Position numbers and translations under genes: made by a program. Positions 47,134 through 55,549 of a DNA stretch of 64,000 bases are shown here, in pieces; position 1 is the first letter of the stretch, and each line of letters opens with the position of its first letter. The DNA is from a virus (Duplodnaviria; Caudoviricetes), in IMG/VR virus record IMGVR_UViG_3300036975_000017, positions 4,499-68,498 of that record; one strand, given 5' to 3'. The notes beneath the pieces are model-generated. The model made no database searches, was not told where the DNA came from, and saw only the letters and a program-made list of their open reading frames with translations.

Positions 47134-47325
47134 CCAGTTCATTTTTTAACCCCTGTCGATCCCCCGCCGAAGCGGAGGCAGATTGCAGCGCACCATTTGA
47201 ACTACCTAACCTCGAAGTTCAGCGCTGCGTATTTTAGTTTCGATGCGCACCTCCTATGTTAACCCGCGCCCCAAACGCCCGCTGTGGCGATTTATAGGAA
47301 CACGGGTGTGTAGCCCTGCGCGAGC

Positions 47326-47700
47326 TTATTTTCCAAACATTCCGGCAATGAATGCCGCGAACGCCTCTGTGCCCAGCGCGTTTAGCGCACTACCTAGCCC
47401 ATCATCTTGCTCAGGCTTCGCCGCAATGACGCCCGCAGCAAAGTCGGTTCCCAGTTCATCGCCAGGATACTCCCGGCTCTGCATTGTCTTTGATACCGCA
47501 CCGAGGATACTCGTTGCAGTGGCGTCGTCTTGATCCCAGCGCTTACCGCTCGCAACTTCATACGCTTCGATGATATGCCCTTCGCGGCGCAGAAACGTTG
47601 CAAGCGCATGACGGTAGGATGTTTCATTTTCGCCTTTACGGATGGGGCGAAAATCGTAATGGTCGGCGATTTGTTGAACTTCATTCATGTCCATTATCAT
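47326..47700 (-). CDS. Hypothetical protein
   Basis: AAGGAG SD; GETxYRHALA pattern. Confidence 0.65.
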   Translation of the reverse strand: MIMDMNEVQQIADHYDFRPIRKGENETSYRHALATFLRREGHIIEAYEVASGKRWDQDDATATSILGAVSKTMQSREYPGDELGTDFAAGVIAAKPEQDDGLGSALNALGTEAFAAFIAGMFGK

Positions 47701-47716
47701 TCCTCCTTATTCCTCT

Positions 47717-48181
47717 TTATTTCGCGCGAGCAATGATCTTGTACCCACTTACCTCGGGAGGGCCATAGTGTGCAGGCATTGCATGCTGAATCGCTTCAAA
47801 TGGCCGCTGAAAGCCGTCTAGCCTAAAACCAGAAAAGAAACTATCTTTTACGACATTCGATTTTGTATCCAGCGCATTATCTAGTAATTCTCTAAGTATT
47901 TCGCTTTCGGGGAAGTCCCCGTGTACATCATCATCGATGAAAACAACATTTCTACACGATGACGTGTGATACCAAAGAAGCGTCTTTTCGCCCTTAAGTA
48001 TCGTGTATGCGTTTGATGCGTGACGCCCCGGTGATTGGTTGTCATACTCGAAGCCGTTCAAAAACTCCGTCCAGTTACCCGATCCGATCCGCGCACCCGC
48101 GCTCATTTCGCGCAAACCGCGCATGGCCTTTACAAAGAGTTCGCGTTTTACGTCTTTCCAAATTAGTTGCTTCACTGTCAT
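47717..48181 (-). CDS. Hypothetical protein
   Basis: Start MTVKQ with AAGGAG SD. Confidence 0.6.
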   Translation of the reverse strand: MTVKQLIWKDVKRELFVKAMRGLREMSAGARIGSGNWTEFLNGFEYDNQSPGRHASNAYTILKGEKTLLWYHTSSCRNVVFIDDDVHGDFPESEILRELLDNALDTKSNVVKDSFFSGFRLDGFQRPFEAIQHAMPAHYGPPEVSGYKIIARAK

Positions 48182-48869
48182 TTCTCCTTTACTTGATTTT
48201 GAAAATCTCGCCACCGCCTTAATCAAGCCCCGGTAGGCTAAAAAACGGCGGCGGGTAGGTGGCCGGGGCGGGAGTTGCACCCGCTCGCGGTATTCTCCGC
48301 TCCCATCGACGTACTCCGTCAGCCGGATAAGGCGCGTAAGGTGCGCCAGACCTTCACGTAAGAGCACAACAAGGAGAAAACTAATAAACAGTAAACTTGT
48401 CTGGCCTCATTCGTTTCTCGGTCGGTGGCACACGTTCATACCCTTCACAAGGGATCATCGCCTTTATGCTGCCGGGGTAAGCTTGAGCAGCAATGATAGA
48501 ACCAACAATCATAACGCGACGACCGTCAATCGTAGTGTTTATAACACGATTTACGATTGCATTGCCGACCTTATTGCCGACAAAGCGCGGGTGAACATAT
48601 TCGATTCCGTATTTATCGGTGTGCCAATGATCTTCCTAAACAACCGCGTTGATTACTTCATCCGGTTCAACTTCGACCGGCGCTTCCCACGTTTGATCCC
48701 AAAAACGGATCGAGTGCGGCGTAGCGTTAAAAACAGTTAAGCCGTTCGGTAGAGTTTTCATCGTTCATCATCCTTATAAAATAGGTTTAAGATAATCCCC
48801 GCGCCGGTCGTACAATGTGTTCCACAAAGCGCAAAAAACTAAAGTGGTTAAAAACGGCGCGGGGATGAT

Positions 48870-48941
48870 AGCCGCCGGCGCGAGTCGAACGCGCGTCTGC
48901 CGGGCACGGACCGGCTGCTCTGCCGATTGAGCTACGGCGGC
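48870..48941 (-). tRNA. tRNA-Thr(CGT)-like gene with atypical anticodon loop, no encoded CCA
   Basis: Perfect cloverleaf: GCCGCCG/CGGCGGC acceptor, GCTC D-stem, GCCGG anticodon stem with loop TCCGTGC, T-arm GCGCG-TTCGACT-CGCGC. Confidence 0.75.
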
Positions 48942-48948
48942 GGTGGGA

Positions 48949-49266
48949 TTACTCTCCGCGTTCAATCGGTGCAATCGTGGCCTTTTTCAAAAAGTCGGTG
49001 ATATTGTTCCAGATATTATCGCCGACGCGCCGGTTTAAAGACGCTAGCAACGCGACAAATGCCGGCTCTTCATTGTACTCGTGTTCAAGTAGCATGCGCG
49101 ATACATTTTCAACAAACGGGAGCGCCGCACCGCTGTAATCGATGCTGTCAAGGATACGAGAACACCCAAAGAAAGCGCTGTAGAAAAGAGCACGCCGCCC
49201 ACTAGAGCTACCACAATGCGGTATCAAGAATTGTTTCATTCCATCGATATATTCGCTTTCTTTCAT
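48949..49266 (-). CDS. Stand-alone EAD-like helical protein
   Basis: RRALF...IDYSGAA..FV...PAFVALL..L..RVG; paralog of the 41496 N-terminus. Confidence 0.55.
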   Translation of the reverse strand: MKESEYIDGMKQFLIPHCGSSSGRRALFYSAFFGCSRILDSIDYSGAALPFVENVSRMLLEHEYNEEPAFVALLASLNRRVGDNIWNNITDFLKKATIAPIERGE

Positions 49267-49670
49267 TGTTCAACTTCCTCTTGCATCGCCTTCGCAACTT
49301 TATTCGCTAGCGATTTACCCCATCCATTAAGCACTGAAAACATATTGACAGCAAAGGTTGTTTGTTGCCCTTCGTAGTAAATGCTATAGAGGATGTTATG
49401 TTCGCCAATGATGTCCCGGAGCTTGGCGGACCGTTCAGCAGCATTTACCGGAAACGTTCGTTTTGCCAGATCGGTAAAGGTGCGCTGCCGAGCGCCAAAC
49501 CATTTGCCAATTTCTGTCATTTCTTGCCGCGCTGCCTGACGCTCATCTTCTGGTGCGCGCCAATCGCGTTCCACTTTTTTTGCAAGCTCAGCGCGTCGTG
49601 ATTTTTCACTGCACACTTCATCGTTGAAATAGTTCATTTTTATCTCCTTATTTTTGCCTTGATTGCTCAA
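49263..49670 (-). CDS. Hypothetical protein
   Basis: Likely start MNYFND with AAGGAG SD. Confidence 0.55.
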   Translation of the reverse strand: MSNQGKNKEIKMNYFNDEVCSEKSRRAELAKKVERDWRAPEDERQAARQEMTEIGKWFGARQRTFTDLAKRTFPVNAAERSAKLRDIIGEHNILYSIYYEGQQTTFAVNMFSVLNGWGKSLANKVAKAMQEEVEQ

Positions 49671-49835
49671 GTCGTTCTTTCGGAATCACCCGAATGCGGC
49701 GCGTTTTTTGCACCACATCCGGCCTCGGTGGTAGCGTGCGCTTCGGCTTCCAAAAGCGCCGCTGAAACTTCCGCCACTGCTTCAATTTGTTCATATTTTC
49801 CTCACTTCCCCATCCACCCACCCTAAAGGAGAAAA

Positions 49836-50858
49836 CTATTCTGGATAGCTGTTATAATCCGGCGGCGGCGGGTCTGGTGCGAAGGTCGCCTGACCATCCG
49901 GCCCAACGTGCGCGTCCAGGAAGTCGGAGCCGCGTTCAAACATATCGCCGTCGTTCGCATCCGCCCACGTCTTGAGCGCTTCGGCAACTTCTGCCGGCTC
50001 ACCATCAACGTTCACACCGGCCTCGGCAGCTTCGGCAAGCATATCGACGGCAGTATCTAAGTCCACCTCTAGCGCCTCAGCAACGGCAGTAACAACCGGA
50101 GAAGCTTCACCGTTTTCTTGTTCCATTGCATCAAGCGCTGCGTTCAAGATGTCAGCCGCTTCTTGCATCGTGCCGGTGAAGTCTTTGACACTTTCGACGC
50201 CAAGTTCTTCATGTACGCGATCTCTGCCGAGTTGTAAGTAGCGCGCCCAAAAGCGACGGCGGACTTGTTCGTCTTCTATCCAGTGCGGCGTTTTTTTCAA
50301 CGTTGTGATCGTTGCATTGCCGGGAATGGTCACGGGTTCGCCCTGCTCATTGACCTCCGCGCCCAGCTCATCGGGCGTGTAGACGGGACGCCCACCTGTT
50401 ACTTCCGGGCAATGAAAGCGAACACCACTTGAAATGGCCCGCGCGAAAAGCATATTTTTTGGCCACTTTTCCCACGCGCTGTCATCTTTGACAAGCTTTG
50501 CCTTTTGCGCGTCTTCGATTGTGAACTCACTAACACCTAATTTTTTTCCGTCTTTGTAAAAAGTAAGCTTACATTGTTCGTGTGTCAAAACATCAACGTG
50601 GTAGTCATATCCAGGTACGCGCTTTACCATCGTAGCGATAAGGTTCGCCGCCATCGACATTTTACCTCGGATAATATTGAAGCCATTCATGCTTTCGAAC
50701 AACCCCAAGCCCATTTCAGCCCCGGCCATGATTTTAACGATAGCCTGTGCTTCGCTTTGCGCGTCCTGGAAATATCCACTTGCCGCGAATATTAAGCCGA
50801 CACGCTCAAACTCCGCTAGTGTCTGCGGTTGAAACGCCACAATTGCTTTATTGCTCAT
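49836..50858 (-). CDS. Single-strand annealing recombinase (RecT/Redbeta-like)
   Basis: KIMAGAEMGLG.FESM...WEKWPKNMLFARAIS...CPE...YTPDELG, acidic tail. Confidence 0.6.
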   Translation of the reverse strand: MSNKAIVAFQPQTLAEFERVGLIFAASGYFQDAQSEAQAIVKIMAGAEMGLGLFESMNGFNIIRGKMSMAANLIATMVKRVPGYDYHVDVLTHEQCKLTFYKDGKKLGVSEFTIEDAQKAKLVKDDSAWEKWPKNMLFARAISSGVRFHCPEVTGGRPVYTPDELGAEVNEQGEPVTIPGNATITTLKKTPHWIEDEQVRRRFWARYLQLGRDRVHEELGVESVKDFTGTMQEAADILNAALDAMEQENGEASPVVTAVAEALEVDLDTAVDMLAEAAEAGVNVDGEPAEVAEALKTWADANDGDMFERGSDFLDAHVGPDGQATFAPDPPPPDYNSYPE

Positions 50859-50981
50859 AATCATTTCTCCTTTATGCTTCACTTTTATCTAAGCCCGCGC
50901 TGCGGCGCGGGCACTTTGCTGGAATATCTTTCTTAAAAACAATTCGCCACCAGTCACACCTTGTACACGATACGAGGAAAG

Positions 50982-51203
50982 TCATCGCACCACCTCCGCC
51001 GCGCCGCGTAAGAAGCGTAATTTTTGACCGCTGCATGTGCAGCAATGTCGCATCTCTGCGAACAGCGTGATACGAACCTCGTAATCAAGTACCGCCTTGA
51101 GTGCCTTAACGTGGCGCTCAATTTCATACTGTCGCTCGCGCGCCGCCACAAGCGCCGGTGCGTGAACGTCAATGCGCAAAAACGGATTAGTTGCGAAAGT
51201 CAT
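50982..51203 (-). CDS. Hypothetical protein
   Basis: Coupled ORF. Confidence 0.4.
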   Translation of the reverse strand: MTFATNPFLRIDVHAPALVAARERQYEIERHVKALKAVLDYEVRITLFAEMRHCCTCSGQKLRFLRGAAEVVR

Positions 51204-51484
51204 GCTTTCACCGCCTGCGCGTCAAGCGCGTAAAAAACCTCGATCAATTCCGCCGCCGTAATCTTGATGGCGTCCTGCACCAAGCCCAGCTCCCACCGTT
51301 TCGGCAGCTCCTTCGTGAACCGCCAAATGAAACGAAAGTCGGTGGTGCGTGCGCGCAGTCCGTTGCTATGGTTGTGGATCGTCATCGCCTCCACGGACGT
51401 ATTGACCGTAACTTCGATGCGTGCATCTGGTGCAAACAGGATGTTGTCTATCCATACGCTATCGCCCTCGATTACAGTGTCCAT
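51200..51484 (-). CDS. Hypothetical protein
   Basis: AGGAG SD. Confidence 0.55.
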   Translation of the reverse strand: MDTVIEGDSVWIDNILFAPDARIEVTVNTSVEAMTIHNHSNGLRARTTDFRFIWRFTKELPKRWELGLVQDAIKITAAELIEVFYALDAQAVKA

Positions 51485-51485
51485 G

Positions 51486-51755
51486 TCATTCTCCTATCTC
51501 TTTCAATAGCGCGCTAAGCCGTTCGCGCGTGTCGGGGTAGTACGATTCGCAATCAATGATAAATTGCATCACACTTGCTAGTTGACTGGATGGATCAAAT
51601 ATGCAGATATAGTTCGTATACTCCGTGATACCTATTACCTGCATCACGACAGATGAAGATAGTTTTGCCATCTTAAGCCGTTGCGCTAGATTGATTAATT
51701 CTCTATCAAGATAATCCATGTCATTTCTCCCTATTGTGTCGTGTGCGATATTCAT
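51486..51755 (-). CDS. Small helical hypothetical protein
   Basis: Likely start MDYLDR with GGAG SD. Confidence 0.5.
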   Translation of the reverse strand: MNIAHDTIGRNDMDYLDRELINLAQRLKMAKLSSSVVMQVIGITEYTNYICIFDPSSQLASVMQFIIDCESYYPDTRERLSALLKEIGE

Positions 51756-51771
51756 TGTTGCTTACTCCTAT

Positions 51772-51993
51772 TTACATCGGGTAAAATTCGGCGTCAAGTT
51801 CCAATTCGTTCATCAGATTGTCGCCGATAGTTTCAAGTGTCTTGCTCGCGGTTTTGATCTGCTTGTGAAGGGTCGCTGTCAGCATGTCGGTGATTTCGTC
51901 GTCGTCTACCAAATCTCGCGCCATGCCGCGCGCCTTGATGAGTAACATTTGCAGTTCTGAGATTTTTTGTAGTTGTGGATTATCGTATGCCAT
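51772..51993 (-). CDS. Hypothetical protein
   Basis: AAGGAG SD. Confidence 0.55.
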   Translation of the reverse strand: MAYDNPQLQKISELQMLLIKARGMARDLVDDDEITDMLTATLHKQIKTASKTLETIGDNLMNELELDAEFYPM

Positions 51994-52066
51994 GTGATTT
52001 TCTCCTTATTCATTATCCTTGCAATTCGAGCGCCGGGCGTTGCACCCGGCGGGCTGCGTTTCGTCT

Positions 52067-52252
52067 TTAGCTGTAGACCAATTCTCCGATTTCATCATTC
52101 CACCAGGGCATTGGTTCGCGCTTATCTTTCGCCGGTCGCTCTTGCCGAAGCTGGAGCACCGCTTTGGCATCTTTCACACAATCCTCATCATCGCAGACCC
52201 AAATTTCGGCGATTTCTTGTTCTGCTTTGCGTCCGCAGTAGTAGCACTTCAT
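52067..52252 (-). CDS. Small Zn-finger protein
   Basis: CYYC...C....C; AAGGAG SD. Confidence 0.55.
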   Translation of the reverse strand: MKCYYCGRKAEQEIAEIWVCDDEDCVKDAKAVLQLRQERPAKDKREPMPWWNDEIGELVYS

Positions 52253-52415
52253 AAGATTTTCTCCTTATCTTCTAAACTTCACAATCGACTGTGCGGTCAT
52301 TGAACCCGCTCGCCGCCTGTCGGTCAGTCGTCTCTGTCGTCTACCGATTGTCGCTCGTGACTTCACCTAGCCGGATTTACACCGGAAGCTGTCGGCTATT
52401 TAATTTTTAAGGTGC

Positions 52416-52483
52416 TTAGCCTAGCTCATCAGTGCGGGGCGGCTAGTTCCCACAGACGCCCGGTTGGACGTTTCGCTACCAGG
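52416..52483 (-). ncRNA. Type II hammerhead ribozyme
   Basis: TAGC-GAAA-stem III (ACGTCC/GGGCGT)-GTC cleavage triplet-stem I (TGTGGG/CCCGCA)-CTGATGA-GCTA; loop I TAGCC pairs with the 3' tail GGCTA. Confidence 0.9.
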
Positions 52484-52670
52484 GCATTGGGTTCTGCATT
52501 TCGCCGTGCATTTCGATCCATCGTTCGTTAGCTTCGTTGCGTAATTGCTGAACTTTTTCCATGTCGATTACAATTTCGCGCCCGCGCGTGGGGATTGCGG
52601 TTCCATTTCCGAATTTTTTCCAACTTTCTCGCGTTCCGTTTTGTACTTTGGTGTAAATTTTGTTGTTCAT
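52476..52670 (-). CDS. Early hypothetical protein
   Basis: GGAG SD; first gene after the leftward promoter; its stop overlaps the ribozyme. Confidence 0.6.
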   Translation of the reverse strand: MNNKIYTKVQNGTRESWKKFGNGTAIPTRGREIVIDMEKVQQLRNEANERWIEMHGEMQNPMPW

Positions 52671-52712
52671 TGCTCTCTCCTATTTGCTTGCGTTGTTTAC
52701 TTAACTGTCTAT

Positions 52713-52750
52713 AGTATAGCATTTTGTAAAACGTTTGTCAAGTGTTTTAC
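52713..52750 (-). promoter_or_regulatory. Leftward promoter PL2 with operator-like palindrome
   Basis: TTGACA-17 bp-TATACT (TG-extended); GTAAAAC-N11-GTTTTAC. Confidence 0.8.
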
Positions 52751-52910
52751 CTATGACTTTTGGTTAGAATTTTCTAATCTTTAGCTTGTTGATAATTTCT
52801 TGATGATACCGCGCCGGGAAGATTGCCCGACGCGGTGTTGTTTGTTTTAGTTACTACCAAGCCAGTGGCTTGACTTCTTCGCCGTTGTAGTTGAACATGA
52901 TGCCCGCTAC

Positions 52911-53405
52911 CTAAATCCCATTGCCGGTTACTTTTGCAACGATTCCGAATTGCGCCTTGCTTTCTGCGACAATTGCCTCGCGTGCTGCGTGGTGTTCGGC
53001 TATGCCAACCAAGTTAGCGACCGCTTTTAATTCGCTGGCGATAAAGTTGATCGCTTCATTTTCGGCGTCAATGAGTTCGCCGTCGGTGTTGATTGCTGCG
53101 AAGTCGCTTATAAATAGAACGTTGCCAACTGTTCGGGCTGCGTAATAGCGGGTGTTGATCGTGCACGCAATGTCACTTAGTGGGTATTCTGCTTTAATCC
53201 AATCAATGGCTTTTTCGATAACTTTGGCTTGGCTTGCAATTTCTCGTCCGCTTGTGCCGTTACCAAGAGCTTTCGCGGCGCAGTGTGTACCATAGTATAC
53301 AATAGTATTTTCAATTTTTAGTGCAACGGTGCGCTTGAGGTCAACTTTCCCGCAGAGTTGACATTCGGTGATATCTTCGCTGGTTCCCATAAATTTGTAG
53401 TTCAT
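52911..53405 (-). CDS. Early protein with N-terminal Zn-binding motif
   Basis: CQLCGK.DLKRTV...YYGTHCA. Confidence 0.65.
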   Translation of the reverse strand: MNYKFMGTSEDITECQLCGKVDLKRTVALKIENTIVYYGTHCAAKALGNGTSGREIASQAKVIEKAIDWIKAEYPLSDIACTINTRYYAARTVGNVLFISDFAAINTDGELIDAENEAINFIASELKAVANLVGIAEHHAAREAIVAESKAQFGIVAKVTGNGI

Positions 53406-53450
53406 GTTTTCCTCTCATTGTTCGCTGCACTCGTTTACTTAACTGTCTAC

Positions 53451-53488
53451 ATTATACTACGCAATAAAACGTTTGTCAAGTGTTTTAC
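53451..53488 (-). promoter_or_regulatory. Leftward promoter PL1 (duplicate of PL2)
   Basis: TTGACA-17 bp-TATAAT. Confidence 0.85.
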
Positions 53489-53506
53489 CAGCTAATCCTA
53501 AAAGTC

Positions 53507-53535
53507 TTGACAAATGTTTTACATAATGATAGAAT
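53507..53535 (+). promoter_or_regulatory. Rightward promoter PR
   Basis: TTGACA-17 bp-TAGAAT, TG-extended. Confidence 0.85.
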
Positions 53536-53560
53536 ACAGGCATAGACAAAAGGAGTTGAT

Positions 53561-53794
53561 ATGGACGAGACAAAATTCACGGCGCGGGAAGTCGCGGGCA
53601 TCCTGGGGGTAACAACGCAGGCGATCCACTGGGCCGCGCGCAAGGGCGATTTACCGTTTGATACTGAGGCCGGACAGCGTCGTTTTAGCGCAAGCGTCGT
53701 AATGGCTCGCGTTGAAAGCGAAATTCAAGAATTGAGCGGGCGGCTAACGCACTTACAGGATATGCTCGATAAATACAATGAACGCCCCACCTAA
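53561..53794 (+). CDS. HTH DNA-binding protein (Cro/Xis-like)
   Basis: FTAREVAGILGVTTQAIHWAARKGDL...RRF. Confidence 0.8.
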   Translation: MDETKFTAREVAGILGVTTQAIHWAARKGDLPFDTEAGQRRFSASVVMARVESEIQELSGRLTHLQDMLDKYNERPT

Positions 53795-54041
53795 ACTACC
53801 CGGCGATCCACGCCTCGCCGACCTGCTTGACTTCATCATTGATTTCAAGGAAGCGCACGGCGGAAATTCTCCCTCACTGCGCGAGATCATTGACGGTCTT
53901 GTATGGTGGAGTTCGACGAGTAGTGCCAGCGAAGCGCTAAGGTGGTTGCGCGCGCTAGGATACATTGAACTGCACGAAGGTAAATCGAGGATGATCGAAG
54001 TCATTGGCGCGCAATGGACCGCGCCGGATTATGAGGAGTAG
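53778..54041 (+). CDS. LexA-type DNA-binding domain without peptidase
   Basis: LLDFI.DF...HG.SPSLREI.......S.SS....L..L...GYI. Confidence 0.8.
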   Translation: MNAPPKLPGDPRLADLLDFIIDFKEAHGGNSPSLREIIDGLVWWSSTSSASEALRWLRALGYIELHEGKSRMIEVIGAQWTAPDYEE

Positions 54042-54045
54042 AGCA

Positions 54046-54234
54046 ATGTACGACTGTGAAATTATCAAAACTGAGGTTTTGCGCTCAACGGGCGCGCCGG
54101 GCTTTTGTACTGCACGCGCGATGGTTGACGCTGAGATTGCGTTGCTTTTGAACGCGAAGCCGCGCGCTAATGATATATTGGCGCAACTTGATAAAGCCGA
54201 ACGAATCGCAAAGAAAGGAGGTGAGAACGAATGA
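54046..54234 (+). CDS. Hypothetical protein
   Basis: Start MYDCE with GAGGAG SD. Confidence 0.5.
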   Translation: MYDCEIIKTEVLRSTGAPGFCTARAMVDAEIALLLNAKPRANDILAQLDKAERIAKKGGENE

Positions 54235-54402
54235 AGCTTGTACTCATATGGATGGCGCAACGCGGATGGGCCTGCACGTATTGTAGCGCTCAAGGGGATG
54301 GTACGGTCCCGCGTTGCCCCAACTGCGGGCGCGCCGTCAACACCTGGTAATTGCACACGCGCCGGGCGTTTTGTCCGGCGCACTTTTCATAAAGGAGAAA
54401 AA

Positions 54403-54951
54403 ATGACATTTGGACCTATCCCAGATTACGAAATTGAGCGTCTGGCACGCAGCGAGCCACCGCTTATCACGCCGTTCAACCCGGATGCGCTTAATCCGTT
54501 CGGCGTTGACATCACGCTTGGTAACAAACTCCGCCGCTTATCACCGTCTTGGAACCGACCGCTTGATGTATTCAACCCGCCACCATGCGAAGCGTGGGAA
54601 GATCATGAATTGAAAGACGGTGAACATGTACTTGTACAGTTCGGCGAGTTATGGCTCGCGCAAACGAGAGAATTCTTTTGCCTGCCGAATAACATTCAAT
54701 GCCTGATGCTCAACCGCTCGAAGTACGCACGCTGCGGCGCAACGCCAAACGCCGGGCTTGCGCCTGGAGATGCGGGGTGGAGAGGCTTCTATGTACTCGA
54801 ATTGCTCAGTCACGCACGGCAGGGCGTTCTATACACTGTTGGCGAGCGTGTGGCACAGGCGATGTTTTTGCGCGGTGCAACATGCCGAAAGTCATATGAT
54901 GACACACACACCTATCAGAATCAAACCCAAATCATCGGACCGAGGGTCTAA
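54403..54951 (+). CDS. dcd: dCTP deaminase
   Basis: NPFGVDITLG, AQTREFF.LP, RSKYARCG, DAGWRG.YVLEL, GERVAQ, YQNQ. Confidence 0.85.
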   Translation: MTFGPIPDYEIERLARSEPPLITPFNPDALNPFGVDITLGNKLRRLSPSWNRPLDVFNPPPCEAWEDHELKDGEHVLVQFGELWLAQTREFFCLPNNIQCLMLNRSKYARCGATPNAGLAPGDAGWRGFYVLELLSHARQGVLYTVGERVAQAMFLRGATCRKSYDDTHTYQNQTQIIGPRV

Positions 54952-55229
54952 TGCACCTCATTAAAAAACAACGCCGAAAACGCGACGGCAACAAGCCTAT
55001 CGCGGTCCATGTCGGAATCCGCAATATCAACACCGGCGAGCGCGTTCCTTTGTGCGGTGCAGCGTTCCAATTTGGCGCGGTGGACGCCGGGACGGGTGAC
55101 AAGGATAAGGTTACATGTCGTCACTGTCAAAGGGCGCTCTCATGGCGTCGTAAGAGATTTTTAGTGCGCGTGATAAATCTACGGTATGATGCGCACTTTT
55201 CACAGCGCGATAAGGTGGTGTTAGTATGA
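54951..55229 (+). CDS. Hypothetical Zn-binding protein
   Basis: H...PLCG...VTCRHC. Confidence 0.5.
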   Translation: MHLIKKQRRKRDGNKPIAVHVGIRNINTGERVPLCGAAFQFGAVDAGTGDKDKVTCRHCQRALSWRRKRFLVRVINLRYDAHFSQRDKVVLV

Positions 55230-55492
55230 AATTCAAGCCCGGCGACAGCGTATTACGAGAGTTCAAGGTCGTCAGCGTCCACGAGGATGTTGACGGCGCG
55301 CCGATGTACCGACTCGAAGGATATGAAAGCTGTTTTCGCGAGGACACGCTTATACCGTATGATGTAGTCCTTTGCCCAGGGTGCGGAAAAATGCACGACT
55401 CAGGATATTTCTCGTGCTCGTGCGATTGGGATAACGACTATCCCGCTCCGCCGGTCAGAACACTTCGAGATATAATCGAAGGGCAAGGTTGA
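55226..55492 (+). CDS. Hypothetical protein
   Basis: CPGCGK..C.C. Confidence 0.5.
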   Translation: MKFKPGDSVLREFKVVSVHEDVDGAPMYRLEGYESCFREDTLIPYDVVLCPGCGKMHDSGYFSCSCDWDNDYPAPPVRTLRDIIEGQG

Positions 55493-55549
55493 TGGTTGAG
55501 CACCTAAAAACACTGGCTGTGCTATGCTACGTGCACGGAGAAGCGCCTA

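Noticed and set aside
48181-48367. N-terminal extension of ORF 47717
   Set aside because: A strong SD precedes MTVKQ, and the extension covers a structured non-coding region.
52055-52105. Second hammerhead (GACGAAAC with ATGATGA nearby)
   Set aside because: No CTGANGA next to a stem II; geometry does not fit.
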